A program made the position numbers and the translations under genes. Source: Pseudanabaenales cyanobacterium (GTDB lineage: Bacteria > Cyanobacteriota > Cyanobacteriia > Phormidesmidales > Phormidesmidaceae). From it: a stretch of DNA of 28,370 nt. Below the pieces are notes generated by a model. It saw only the letters and a program-made list of their open reading frames with translations. It searched no databases and was not told the DNA's origin. Numbering within the stretch: the stretch's first letter is position 1; every line of letters starts with the position of its first letter. The DNA is taken from contig JAKSDM010001206.1 of NCBI GenBank assembly GCA_022360135.1, forward strand, positions 1-28,370, given 5' to 3'. Below, piece after piece: positions 16,612-26,472 of the stretch.

Positions 16612-17376
16612 ATGAGGTTACTCTTTTTGGGTTCTGGTTCTGCTTTCACAGTGGGGGCCGACAATTTTCACTCCAACCTACTTCTGATCAGTGAGACGGG
16701 ACGGAAACTACTATTGGACTGCGGTTCCGATATCCGCTTCTCGCTTCATGAGGCTGATTTATGCCATCGTGACATTACAGATATCTATATTAGCCATCTC
16801 CATGCTGATCACGTTGGCGGTTTGGAGTATATGGGATTTAGGGCTCTATTTGATCCGGATTGTCAAAAATCCAATCTCTTTTTGAGTCAAGATCTGGCTG
16901 GAGAGCTTTGGGAAAAAACACTCTCCGGCGGTATGCGTTGTCTTGAGGGAGATATTGCAACCCTTGATACTTTCTTCACCGTTTATCCGATTAAGCCCAA
17001 GGGGCAGTTCCTATGGGAGGGGATTCAGTTCAACTTGGCGCCAGTTATCCATATCAACACCGGATATTTTGTCATGCCCAGTTATGGGCTATTTTTTGAG
17101 ATCGCAGGCGTCAAAATTTTTCTCTCAACCGATACCCAACTTTGCCTGGACGTAGTGGGATCCTATTACGAGCAAGCCGATGTCATCTTTCATGACTGTG
17201 AGACGTCCCAATTCCCCAGTCCTGTCCATGCTCACTATCACCAACTGGTTACCTTACCCGCGGCGATCAAGCAGAAAATGTGGCTCTACGGTTACCAGCC
17301 AGGTTCTCTACCTGACGCCAAACGGGACGGCTTCTGTGGATTTGTCAAACGCGGCCAAACTTTTGAGTTTCTTTAA
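16612..17376 (+). CDS. Metallo-beta-lactamase-fold hydrolase (possible cyclic-nucleotide phosphodiesterase)
   Basis: LLDCG, HLHADH (HxHxDH), STDT, IFHDCET, VHAHY. Overlaps the convergent ziaA stop by 4 nt (TTAA, 17373-17376). Confidence 0.8.
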   Translation: MRLLFLGSGSAFTVGADNFHSNLLLISETGRKLLLDCGSDIRFSLHEADLCHRDITDIYISHLHADHVGGLEYMGFRALFDPDCQKSNLFLSQDLAGELWEKTLSGGMRCLEGDIATLDTFFTVYPIKPKGQFLWEGIQFNLAPVIHINTGYFVMPSYGLFFEIAGVKIFLSTDTQLCLDVVGSYYEQADVIFHDCETSQFPSPVHAHYHQLVTLPAAIKQKMWLYGYQPGSLPDAKRDGFCGFVKRGQTFEFL

Positions 17377-19391
17377 CTCTTTAACACTCGACCAGCATTG
17401 AAAATTGCCAGGAGGGCAACGCCAACATCAGCAAACACAGCTCCCCACAGTGTTGCTAGCCCCACTGCTCCAAGCAAGATGACACCGCCTTTAATGGTTA
17501 GAGCTAGGATGATGTTTTGCCAAACAATGCGGCGTGTTTTGTGAGCGATCTGAATTGCTTCAGCAACCTTGGAAGGGGCATCGGTCATAATCACCACATC
17601 CGCCGTTTCAATCGCCGCATCGGAGCCTAAACCGCCCATTGCCAGGCCCACATCCGCCCTGGCGATCACGGGCGCATCGTTGATGCCATCACCCACAAAG
17701 GCGACTTTGCTATTGGAGTGATTGGCTGTCTGTAGTAACTCTTCTAGCACAGCAACCTTATCTTCTGGCAGTAGTTCCGCCCGATAGCGATCCAGTCCTA
17801 GTTTGCCAGCGATTCTATCTGCAACGGGCTGACTATCACCTGTCAGCATCACGGCTTCAATACCTTGGGTGTGTAACGCTTGAATCGCCTTGCTGGCATC
17901 CTCTTTTAGCTCATCTGCAATGATGATGCGCCCGGTATACTCCCCGTCTACCGCAAGATGAGCTACGGTGCCATCAACGGCGCAGCCATCATGGGCGATC
18001 GCTGCTTGATTCAGCAGCCGTTCATTTCCAGCAATCACAATCTGGCCATTGATCCTGGCGCGAACGCCATGACCGGAAATTTCTTCATAGTCTTTTACTG
18101 CAGACTCATCGACAGGCTGGCCATAAGCATCTCGAATAGACTGAGCCACCGGATGATTGGAATGGACTTCAACTTTGGCGGCTAGTTCCAGCAATTGCGC
18201 CTGACTTAACCCATTGTGGGACACCACCTCAGTCACTTTGAACTTGCCTTTTGTCAGTGTTCCAGTCTTATCAAAAACAACAGTTTTGAGTTGGGTTAGG
18301 ACATCCAGAAAAGTTGATCCTTTGACCAGAATACCGCGCTTAGCGGCTCCGCCCACACCGCCGAAATAGCCCAGGGGAATACTAATCACCAATCCACAAG
18401 GACAGGAAATGACTAGCAAAATCAGGGCTCGATACACCCATTCCTCATGGGAGGCGCCCGAAATCAGCAGCGGCGGCAGCATGGCAATAGCCAAGGAGAG
18501 CACCACAACAACAGGTGTGTAGTAGCGGGCGAAGCGAGTGATGAACTTTTCGGTTGCGGCCTTCTTGCTGCTGGCGGTTTCAACCAAATCTAGGATCTTG
18601 ACGATAGATGACTCTTCAAATCGCTTAGTCACGCGCAGCGTTAGCACGCCAGACTGATTGATCATGCCCGCCAGAATGGTTTCACCCACCTTTACGGTGC
18701 GAGGTGTGGATTCACCTGTTAAGGGTGAGGTGTCTACCTGGGACTTGCCATCAAGAATTTCTCCATCAAGGGGAATCTTTTCACCCGGTTTGACCCGAAT
18801 GATGTCTCCAACCGCAATTACCTCAGGGGAAACGGGTTTGACTTCACCGTTGATTTTCAAGTTAGCGATATCAGGTCGAACCGCCAGCAGCGACTTAATC
18901 GAATGGCGAGATTGCCCTACTGCAAACCCTTGAAACATCTCACCAACCTGGAAGAATAGCATCACTGCAACTGCTTCCGGCAATTCATGGATAGCGATCG
19001 CCCCCAATGTGGCGATCACCATCAGAAAATTCTCATCAAAAATACGCCCCCGTAAGATGTTCCGCCCTGCCGCAGTCAGTACACTCCAACCACTGATCAG
19101 ATAAGCCGTAAGCAAGATCGCATATTCTGCAATCGAAAAGGGCGTATGGTGTAGAAAATCCTGGAAGAACAGGCCGATGAGAAAGAGAACTAAGGCAATG
19201 GCGAATGGGGTTAGTTCTGCTCGCAAGTTGAAATCACCATCGTCATAACCATGGCTATGGTCATGACCACAACCATAGTCATGACTGCGATCGTGGCTAT
19301 GATTGTGGCTGTGGTCATGGCTATGATCATGGCTGTGGTCATGACTATGGCAGGCTGAACAGGAGTGGGCGGAAGATCGCGGTGCTGTCAT
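17373..19391 (-). CDS. ziaA: P1B-type heavy-metal (Zn/Cd) exporting ATPase with His-rich N-terminus
   Basis: TGES, SCPC, DKTGT, HP, GDGINDAP; (HSHD)n N-terminus. ATG 19391 preferred (ORF track TTG 19406). Confidence 0.9.
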   Translation of the reverse strand: MTAPRSSAHSCSACHSHDHSHDHSHDHSHNHSHDRSHDYGCGHDHSHGYDDGDFNLRAELTPFAIALVLFLIGLFFQDFLHHTPFSIAEYAILLTAYLISGWSVLTAAGRNILRGRIFDENFLMVIATLGAIAIHELPEAVAVMLFFQVGEMFQGFAVGQSRHSIKSLLAVRPDIANLKINGEVKPVSPEVIAVGDIIRVKPGEKIPLDGEILDGKSQVDTSPLTGESTPRTVKVGETILAGMINQSGVLTLRVTKRFEESSIVKILDLVETASSKKAATEKFITRFARYYTPVVVVLSLAIAMLPPLLISGASHEEWVYRALILLVISCPCGLVISIPLGYFGGVGGAAKRGILVKGSTFLDVLTQLKTVVFDKTGTLTKGKFKVTEVVSHNGLSQAQLLELAAKVEVHSNHPVAQSIRDAYGQPVDESAVKDYEEISGHGVRARINGQIVIAGNERLLNQAAIAHDGCAVDGTVAHLAVDGEYTGRIIIADELKEDASKAIQALHTQGIEAVMLTGDSQPVADRIAGKLGLDRYRAELLPEDKVAVLEELLQTANHSNSKVAFVGDGINDAPVIARADVGLAMGGLGSDAAIETADVVIMTDAPSKVAEAIQIAHKTRRIVWQNIILALTIKGGVILLGAVGLATLWGAVFADVGVALLAIFNAGRVLKS
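19251..19349 (-). repeat. 12-bp-period coding repeat encoding His-rich (HSHD)n tract
   Basis: Protein HSHDHSHDHSHDHSHNHSHDRSHDYGCGHDHSH. Confidence 0.9.
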
Positions 19392-19416
19392 GACAGTAAA
19401 GTCCAAAATACGACTG

Positions 19417-19442
19417 AATATCTGAGAGCCTATTCAGGCATG
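19417..19442. promoter_or_regulatory. SmtB/ZiaR-type 12-2-12 operator upstream of ziaA
   Basis: AATATCTGAGAGCCTATTCAGGCATG has the TGA-N8-TCA core and resembles the zia operator as I recall it (AATATCTGAG...TTCAGG). Candidate -10 TATCAT on minus strand at 19440-19445. Confidence 0.75.
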
Positions 19443-19618
19443 ATATAGCAGAAACCCTACATGTCCTTACGGGATCTTCCACAGCTTTCAGCAATTCTCA
19501 TTTTAAGATTTCATGAGATTAAAACCCTGGCTCCAAGAGGGGTTGGCTATTCTTGAAATAAAGTTGGATTACTGAAACGCCGTAAAATTGTTTCAAACTT
19601 ATTTCGGCTGCAAAGTTC

Positions 19619-20020
19619 TTATGAAGCCGATTCGTCTAAGTGCTCCGCCACTTCTCGGTAAAGATTGATGACATGGTGATCAGCCAGTCGATAGTAAACA
19701 TTTCGGCCTACTTTGCGGTAGCTGACTAAGCGCAGCGTGCGGAGGAGTCGGAGTTGGTGGGATACGGCCGATTCACCCATCTTCACCAGCGCCGCCAAAT
19801 CACAAACGCACAATTCCTGCTTCGCTAGCGCTGAAATCAATTTTAGGCGGTTAGGATCGGCCAATACCCCAAAAAATTCAGCCATCCGTTGCGCTTTTTC
19901 TGTGGGTAAAATCTCTGGCTGAACCTGGCGAACATTGTCCATATGAACCAGAGACGATTCACAGGCCGGCGTCCCTGATAAATGCATTAGAGGTTGTTCC
20001 AATTTGTTAACATGACTCAT
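19619..20020 (-). CDS. ziaR: ArsR/SmtB-family Zn-sensing repressor
   Basis: ELCVCDLAA...SAVSHQLR, alpha5 site DHH...EHLDE, N-terminal Cys (ACESSLVH). Start uncertain (20020 or 19987; ORF track 20077). Confidence 0.9.
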   Translation of the reverse strand: MSHVNKLEQPLMHLSGTPACESSLVHMDNVRQVQPEILPTEKAQRMAEFFGVLADPNRLKLISALAKQELCVCDLAALVKMGESAVSHQLRLLRTLRLVSYRKVGRNVYYRLADHHVINLYREVAEHLDESAS

Positions 20021-20116
20021 GACTGCTAACCAACGACGCCCTTTTGGCATTGAGTAATCCAGCGACTTCAAAAGCAAGTTTGATGCTGTAAGGGCGTAGT
20101 TGAGTCCAAATACATT

Positions 20117-20157
20117 AGATAATCATTATTAGATAATCATTATCATAATCATTATAC
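20117..20157. promoter_or_regulatory. Triple Fur-family (Zur-like) box upstream of ziaR
   Basis: Core ATAATCATTAT at 20119, 20133 and 20145; best copy AGATAATCATTATCA matches 13/14 positions of TGATAATnATTATCA. Minus-strand TATAAT at 20151-20156. Confidence 0.65.
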
Positions 20158-20179
20158 ATCTGAGTAGATGCTCATGGAT
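20154..20179. promoter_or_regulatory. Second SmtB/ZiaR-like operator
   Basis: ATACATCTGAGTAGATGCTCATGGAT with TGAG-N6-CTCA dyad. Confidence 0.55.
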
Positions 20180-20212
20180 TGAATAATTGAATGGGTCCAT
20201 GGCGACATAGTT

Positions 20213-20704
20213 CTACCGCTGAAACCAGGCGGTGAGGGCGACCGCAAGGGCGTCAGCAGCGTCGTCGGGCTTGGGGATTTTCTCCAGATTCAGTTCCCGA
20301 GCCACCGCTGCTTGAACCTCATATTTATCGGCATTACCATATCCTGTCAGCGCCTGCTTAATTTGGGCTGGGGTGAACTCTACAAACGGCAGCTTATATT
20401 GCGCCAGTACAAGCATCACGACACCTCGCGCTTGAGCTACCAGAATGGTATTCCCCATGCGGTAAAAAAATAGCTTTTCAATCGCCACCAAATCTGGCAG
20501 CCACTGATCCAGCAGACTATGGAGATCCTCGTAAATAGTACAGAGCCGAGCTCCTGTTTCAGTGTGAGCCGGAGTCTGGATAATACCAAAATCTAAAATC
20601 GAGATCTTTGATCCAGGCTCCTCGTTGATTATGGAATCACACTCAATTGCGCCAAATCCTAAGATTGCCAGCCCTGGATCCAATCCCAGGATTCGTTTAA
20701 CCAT
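20213..20704 (-). CDS. ruvC: Holliday junction resolvase RuvC
   Basis: [30 protein letters not shown]. Confidence 0.95.
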   Translation of the reverse strand: MVKRILGLDPGLAILGFGAIECDSIINEEPGSKISILDFGIIQTPAHTETGARLCTIYEDLHSLLDQWLPDLVAIEKLFFYRMGNTILVAQARGVVMLVLAQYKLPFVEFTPAQIKQALTGYGNADKYEVQAAVARELNLEKIPKPDDAADALAVALTAWFQR

Positions 20705-20733
20705 CTGAATAGAAGCCGATCAACTTGAGCAGC

Positions 20734-21843
20734 TTAGCGGACGTCAGAAGTTCTAAGACCATTTACCTGGGCCATTTCCTCTGAATCCATAAGACCAAAG
20801 ACCCGCCTGAAAAACTTATCAACTTTGTAGCCAGAGTCAATGGACTCCAAGGGATCTTTGCGCAGACGATGACGTAGGGAGAGGCAAATAACTCTGCGAA
20901 TATCTTCAACGACCACCTCGGTTCGCCCTTCGTAGGCGGCCAAAGCCTTGGCCGCCCGGTTAGTCACAATATCGCCCCGCAATCCATCCACATCCAATTC
21001 AGAACAAACTTGGGAAATCTTGACTCGGTACTCGCGATCCATGGTAACGGACTTCAAGCGATCTTGAGCTTCGATCAGTCGCTGCTGCAGTTCAATTTGC
21101 TTGGATTGATATCGCTCCCAAAAAGCTTGGGGGTCTTGATCAAAGGCGGCGCGTTGCTCCACAATCTGCACCCGCAGTGTTGGCTCCTTAACCGTATGGA
21201 TTTCGGCGTGCATGCCAAAGCGGTCTAAAAGCTGGGGACGAAGTTCCCCTTCCTCAGGGTTGCCTGAGCCCACCAACACAAACTGAGCGGGATGTCTGAC
21301 AGAGATACCTTCTCGCTCCACCGTATTCCAGCCCGAAGCCGCAGAATCAAGCAGCACATCCACTAGGTGATCGTCCAGCAAATTGACCTCGTCCACATAG
21401 AGAATCCCTCGATTGGCCTTCGCCAATAAGCCGGGCTCAAAGGCTTTTACTCCTTCTACTAGGGCTTTTTCGATGTCGATAGTGCCACAGACTCGATCTT
21501 CAGTTGCCCCCAAAGGGAGATCTACCATTGGCGTCTTTTTGTGAATCACCTGGATCGCTTCAGGCGCTTGCACACTCAATACATCTGGATCGTCGGCAGA
21601 GCGATTAAAGGGATCATTAGCCACCACATCGATTTCCGGCAACAGATCGGCCAGGGCTCGAATAGCTGTTGACTTGCCGGTACCGCGATCGCCCATGATC
21701 ATTACCCCACCCACTTTGGGATCAATCACGTTCAGCAGCAAGGCCAATTTCATATCTTCTTGGCCAATGACCGCTGTGAAGGGAAATACTATTCGATGCG
21801 GAGCCGATGCTTTATTAGAACTAACTGCAGGGGTAGAACTCAC
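20734..21843 (-). CDS. chlI: Magnesium chelatase subunit I
   Basis: [54 protein letters not shown] 21843 preferred (ORF track 21888). Confidence 0.95.
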   Translation of the reverse strand: MSSTPAVSSNKASAPHRIVFPFTAVIGQEDMKLALLLNVIDPKVGGVMIMGDRGTGKSTAIRALADLLPEIDVVANDPFNRSADDPDVLSVQAPEAIQVIHKKTPMVDLPLGATEDRVCGTIDIEKALVEGVKAFEPGLLAKANRGILYVDEVNLLDDHLVDVLLDSAASGWNTVEREGISVRHPAQFVLVGSGNPEEGELRPQLLDRFGMHAEIHTVKEPTLRVQIVEQRAAFDQDPQAFWERYQSKQIELQQRLIEAQDRLKSVTMDREYRVKISQVCSELDVDGLRGDIVTNRAAKALAAYEGRTEVVVEDIRRVICLSLRHRLRKDPLESIDSGYKVDKFFRRVFGLMDSEEMAQVNGLRTSDVR

Positions 21844-22126
21844 AAGTTTTCTTCTAGGGCTTAAGGTAATCTGATGACTGTCCCCCATTGTGCCACACTA
21901 TATCCTCTGTTCGATTTACTGGCGCATGCCTAGCAAGCCAAAAAGATCCGACTCTAAAGTCAGAAGACTTGGGTTAGCTTTTAACCAATTTAAGGGCAAC
22001 CAATAAGGGAGATTTACGCCATCAAAATTTAGGAGCGAAACCTCAGGCGCAAAACTATGGATTAAACTCCAACTCTTACGCATTCTTAAGTTTTGCCCCT
22101 ACTCTCTTTTTTTGAATTAGTCTGAT

Positions 22127-23245
22127 TTAACGGATATATTCCTTCAATACGCTATTTCGGTTGGGATGGCGGAGCTTTCGGAGAGCCTTAGCTTCTATTT
22201 GGCGAATACGCTCCCGAGTCACGTTAAAAATCTGGCCAATTTCTTCCAAAGTCTTCATGCGGCCATCGTCCAGACCGTAACGGAGACGCAGAACATCTCG
22301 CTCCCGAGGGCTGAGCGTACCTAGAACACTTTCAAGATCTTCCCGCAAAAGGCTCTTGGAGACTTGATCTTCGGGCGTCTCTCCATCAGATTCAATAAAG
22401 TCTCCTAATCGAGAATCTTCTTCCTTACCAATGGGCGTCTCAAGCGAAATGGGAAGCTGGGCGGACTTAGCGATAAACCGCAGCTTCTCAATGGTCATTT
22501 CCATCCGAGTAGCGATCTCTTCCTCGGTGGGCTTACGACCTAACTCTTGAGAGAGCAGCTTGGTGGTCTTCTTAATCCGGGAGATGGTCTCGTAAAGGTG
22601 AACAGGTAAGCGAATGGTGCGAGATTGATCCGCGATCGCCCGGGTAATCGCTTGACGAATCCACCAAGTTGCATAGGTAGAAAATTTATAACCCTTTTCG
22701 TGGTCAAACTTTTCAGCAGCTCGAATCAGGCCCAAACTACCCTCTTGAATCAAATCCTGGAAGGATAAGCCCCGGTTCATATACTTTTTGGCGATGGACA
22801 CCACCAAGCGCAAATTGGACTGCACCATCTTGTCTTTAGCCCGACGGCCCATATGAAGGCGGCGACGGAAAGCAGGCAAAGGCATATCTACAGCTTCGGC
22901 CCACTCACCATCTTGGGGTTCGCGCTCTAAAGTTTCAGTCAACTTTTCCCGAATCCTCTCCAACTCCAAGAGATCAGCAATCTTACGAGCCAGCTCAATC
23001 TCCTCCTCTGCTCTCAGGAGACGGATACGGCCAATTTCCTGAAGATAGAGGCGAATAGAGTCTTCGGTATAGTGCTTCTTTTTAGTTTGAGTACGACGGC
23101 GAGTTGACTTCCCCTTCGCAGTTTTACTTTGTTCCTCATCCTCAACCGGAGTCTCAAAGTTCTCATCCCCACCGTTATCAAGTAAGAGGTCTAGTTCACT
23201 CTCAGGATGCTCAATGGTTCCGAGTAATCCGTTTGCCTGGGTCAT
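22127..23245 (-). CDS. sigA: Group 1 primary sigma factor SigA
   Basis: MTQAN start with GAGGA upstream; [55 protein letters not shown]. Confidence 0.95.
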   Translation of the reverse strand: MTQANGLLGTIEHPESELDLLLDNGGDENFETPVEDEEQSKTAKGKSTRRRTQTKKKHYTEDSIRLYLQEIGRIRLLRAEEEIELARKIADLLELERIREKLTETLEREPQDGEWAEAVDMPLPAFRRRLHMGRRAKDKMVQSNLRLVVSIAKKYMNRGLSFQDLIQEGSLGLIRAAEKFDHEKGYKFSTYATWWIRQAITRAIADQSRTIRLPVHLYETISRIKKTTKLLSQELGRKPTEEEIATRMEMTIEKLRFIAKSAQLPISLETPIGKEEDSRLGDFIESDGETPEDQVSKSLLREDLESVLGTLSPRERDVLRLRYGLDDGRMKTLEEIGQIFNVTRERIRQIEAKALRKLRHPNRNSVLKEYIR

Positions 23246-23796
23246 GCCGCTTTCCTCATGCTCCTTATGTAGGTCAAAATCAAACGCAGTCAGCTTAGAA
23301 CCAAAGCACACTAGCTAGGGTAGCAATGTCAAGCGCCTAATTGGCTTAACTTGAATGCAAGGTACCTAAGCCTGAACCACTAGATGAGACACATCAGTTT
23401 AGCAAAGTGTCCTAGGGTCCAGCTCCAAGAAATACGGCGCTGATACAGATGCACCACAACCTTGTCAGATTCCGCTAGGCGCTATCTAAAGACTTTCCGA
23501 TTGTAGCTTTTCTGACAGAAAATGCACCACATCCAAAGCTGAAATTCATTCCCCTATTTAATCAGTTTTTTTCCACTTTTTTGGAATTTCCTTTACGCAC
23601 TAGGCTGGGCTCAAGGCTTACAGGCTTTATATCGCCTATTATTCTAAGATAACGATTTCGTCTCAATCTGGGAGTTGAGTTTGTAAAATTCTAAAGATTT
23701 TGAGTGAGTTAAATAATTTTTTTGGTTAAAAAACTTTAATTGAATAATATTTGGTTTATCGCCTCCCCTTTAACCAACCAGACTCTCTCTCTGAGT

Positions 23797-24486
23797 TCAA
23801 TTGAAAATATGCTGCCGCCAAAGGTCGTCAATGGTTACAAACTGGTAGCCCTGAGCCAGTAATTGGGGCGCCAACAAAGCAACGATCTCAGCAATGTCCT
23901 CGCCACCATACACACCATCGTGAAGTACGATTAATGAACCTTTGCTGACTTGTCGCATCACTCGTTTCACTACTACAGAGACACCCGGTCTGACCCAATC
24001 TTCTGGGGCAATTGTCCACATTACAGGGCGATAGTGCTCTTGCCGCAGTTGGTTAAGAATTTGGGGCGTGAACAATCCATTGGGAGGCCGAACGTCTCGT
24101 ATCCGTTGTTTGACTTCGGACAGCGGAAGTTGACAGGCTCGGGCGATCGCAACCTGAGTTTTCTCTAGACTTTGGTTCAATTCCGCCGCAGAGAGGCGTG
24201 GAAAAGAGCGATGGGTGTAGCCATGAAGACCGATCCAATGACCTTGCTGATAAATCGCTCGAGCGATTTCGGGGGCCTGTTCCACACATACCCCCAACCA
24301 AAAAAAGCTGGCTGGAATTTGATACCGTTCGAGTTCAGTGAGAAGTTGAGGCGTGTACTTCGGGTGAGGTCCATCATCGAAGGAGAGAGCCACCGTAAGC
24401 GCATCGGTTCCGCCTTTCCAAAGGCAATGGGGAAATAACGGTTCAAGGATTCGAGATGCTAGGGAATAGAGCGAGGCAATTTCCAT
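23797..24486 (-). CDS. Polysaccharide deacetylase (NodB/CE4)
   Basis: SFDDGP, HGYTH, RPP, LHDG. Confidence 0.9.
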   Translation of the reverse strand: MEIASLYSLASRILEPLFPHCLWKGGTDALTVALSFDDGPHPKYTPQLLTELERYQIPASFFWLGVCVEQAPEIARAIYQQGHWIGLHGYTHRSFPRLSAAELNQSLEKTQVAIARACQLPLSEVKQRIRDVRPPNGLFTPQILNQLRQEHYRPVMWTIAPEDWVRPGVSVVVKRVMRQVSKGSLIVLHDGVYGGEDIAEIVALLAPQLLAQGYQFVTIDDLWRQHIFN

Positions 24487-24493
24487 CTAGACA

Positions 24494-24889
24494 TCAACTG
24501 GTCCAACAACAAGCCTGCTTTATGATCGCAGACTGGATTAGAGTACTGAGGACATCTCTGCTTAGGGGCTTAACTAAAAAACCATCTAACCCAGGATGAT
24601 CCTCCTGATGAGACCAACTGGGATTGCCAGAATCAGTTAATGCAACGATGGTGACTCCATGGGTATTAACGGTCTGCCGCAATCGGTAGACCAAAGCATT
24701 AGACCAACTTTGATTATTCCCCGACAGAATAACTAGGTAGGGGGCTGTTTGGCTTGCTTGGGCGACTGCCTGATCGGGTGACTCAGCAATAAATACAGAG
24801 CAGCTCAGCCGCGACAAAACCGACTCTACGACCTGAAGGTCTTCAGATTGCTGGTCGACAACTAAGATATAGCCCTGCGGTGCTTTCAT
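24494..24889 (-). CDS. Single-domain receiver-like protein (atypical, no phospho-Asp apparent)
   Basis: ILVVD, VALTD, FLVKP receiver segments; LVILSG where D is expected. Confidence 0.8.
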   Translation of the reverse strand: MKAPQGYILVVDQQSEDLQVVESVLSRLSCSVFIAESPDQAVAQASQTAPYLVILSGNNQSWSNALVYRLRQTVNTHGVTIVALTDSGNPSWSHQEDHPGLDGFLVKPLSRDVLSTLIQSAIIKQACCWTS

Positions 24890-25528
24890 AAGAGCTGGAT
24901 GGATTTGCTATTTATAGTAACTGGCTGCAACCGCATGATTTTGCTCGAATTGAGCGCCAGAAACCTTTCAGATAAACCCGTTCAAGCTAACGAGTTTAAA
25001 TTTAGTCTCTTACATTTTTTTTAGGCTTTATACACTCAATAAAATGCAATATTTCTTAGGTCGCGACTAAAGGAATCAACATCAGAAACTTAAAGTCATA
25101 AACTTTAATTTATTTCCAAGTCAGGACTCGCATCAATCCGATACTAGATAGGCTCGATAAGTAACTTGTAGAAGACGTTGCAGGCAATATATCTGGGTCT
25201 GTTTGGGACCTCCCAAGCGGGTTAACTGACACAGTATTGAGATTTGTCTAGGCTCCCGCCATGGCTGCTTAAATCTTTGCAAGTCTTGACTTGCAGAAGT
25301 TTCGGCTGCTTCAGGATAATTGAATGCTGGCCTCAAAGACTGATTGATCGCCGCTATAGAAAACGGTTTACCATCAGCATCAAATGGTGGTCTAGATCTT
25401 TTTAGACTGATAGGGCTATTTCTTAATACTAATTTCAAATAAGCCTGCAAAATATTGATTGTCCGCCAGCGACATGGCTAGGCGCTCAGGAGAGAAAATT
25501 CAATGCAAACTTGACAAAAAAACGCTTC

Positions 25529-26251
25529 CTACGGCGCTAGTCTTGCCTTTTTCAATCGATTCTCCTCATACCAATTGGCGATCGCGGGAACCCAACCCTT
25601 AAAGTGGGGCCAAATATGTTCACAAAGTTTCTGAGCTTCAAGTTGGGCGTCTGTTTTCCATCTCAGGTCTAGCAAATGCATCAGCGATCGCACATTGGCG
25701 GAAAGCACCCAATGTTGACGCACATCGAAAGGAATTAAGCCCCGCGCATGCTCTTCGGAAAACCCCTGTTGAATGCGCTCCTGATAGCGGCGACAGGCGG
25801 TTAAGCACCACTCCAGGTCCTCCTGCCGCTGCGCTTTGGTGTATTCATAGCGTTTCCCCTGGCGATCGCTATATAGTCCCAACGGACGCAGATAAAACAC
25901 TTCTTCCACCGCCTGTCTGCCTGCAGCCACATCAATGATGCGGCTGCCAGTATAACGAAAGGACTGGACATCGAAGCTGACCCCTACACGATGGGTTCTG
26001 ATTTGCTGCATGGTGGAATGGGGAAACCAACCGCAGTTGAGTACAATTTGGGGATGCTCCAGCGGCCCATAGTGGCCCCTTCCCCCTTTCAGCAGATGTT
26101 TGATCACAATGTCGCCACACTCGGTTTCATCGGGCCAGCGATCGCGTTCATGCCAAACAAATCCTTCGGCATAGTCCTGATGCATCGCAGCATAGATAGT
26201 CTGCTGAGGATTAGGCGTCTGGGCGACAACTTCGACCTTGAAGCGATCCAT
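25529..26251 (-). CDS. thyX: FAD-dependent thymidylate synthase
   Basis: GHYGPLEH, QIRTHRVGVSFDVQSFRY, EEHARGLIP, NVRSLMH, AQLE. Confidence 0.92.
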   Translation of the reverse strand: MDRFKVEVVAQTPNPQQTIYAAMHQDYAEGFVWHERDRWPDETECGDIVIKHLLKGGRGHYGPLEHPQIVLNCGWFPHSTMQQIRTHRVGVSFDVQSFRYTGSRIIDVAAGRQAVEEVFYLRPLGLYSDRQGKRYEYTKAQRQEDLEWCLTACRRYQERIQQGFSEEHARGLIPFDVRQHWVLSANVRSLMHLLDLRWKTDAQLEAQKLCEHIWPHFKGWVPAIANWYEENRLKKARLAP

Positions 26252-26472
26252 AGTGGCTATATTTCAATTAACTCCAAGCTCTATAGCGTAAACCATAACT
26301 CAACTCTCATCTGACGTTTTACAGTATTTGCGGGTAGAAACCGGGTGTGGGGTGTAGGGATATTTCCTGCCCCGCTCCATCCTGTATCACTTGACTTTAG
26401 TTAAATCGTGTGATGGGTTGAGTCTAAGGCAATCCTAAGACAAAATGCTGTCAGCGGCTACCGAAATAAAGC

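Noticed and set aside
20213-23245. ruvC-chlI-sigA adjacency as a functional system
   Set aside because: Ordinary core genes; nothing unusual in sequence or motifs.
25133-25450. 105-aa minus-strand ORF between thyX and the pseudo-receiver
   Set aside because: No recognisable motif and composition is unconvincing; it may be real but cannot be supported. No RNA gene recognised here either.
464-26314. Numerous 60-107 aa ORFs nested in or antisense to assigned genes (e.g. 464-667, 927-1175, 12809-13078, 24053-24446, 25991-26314)
   Set aside because: Shadow frames of well-supported CDSs with no independent evidence.
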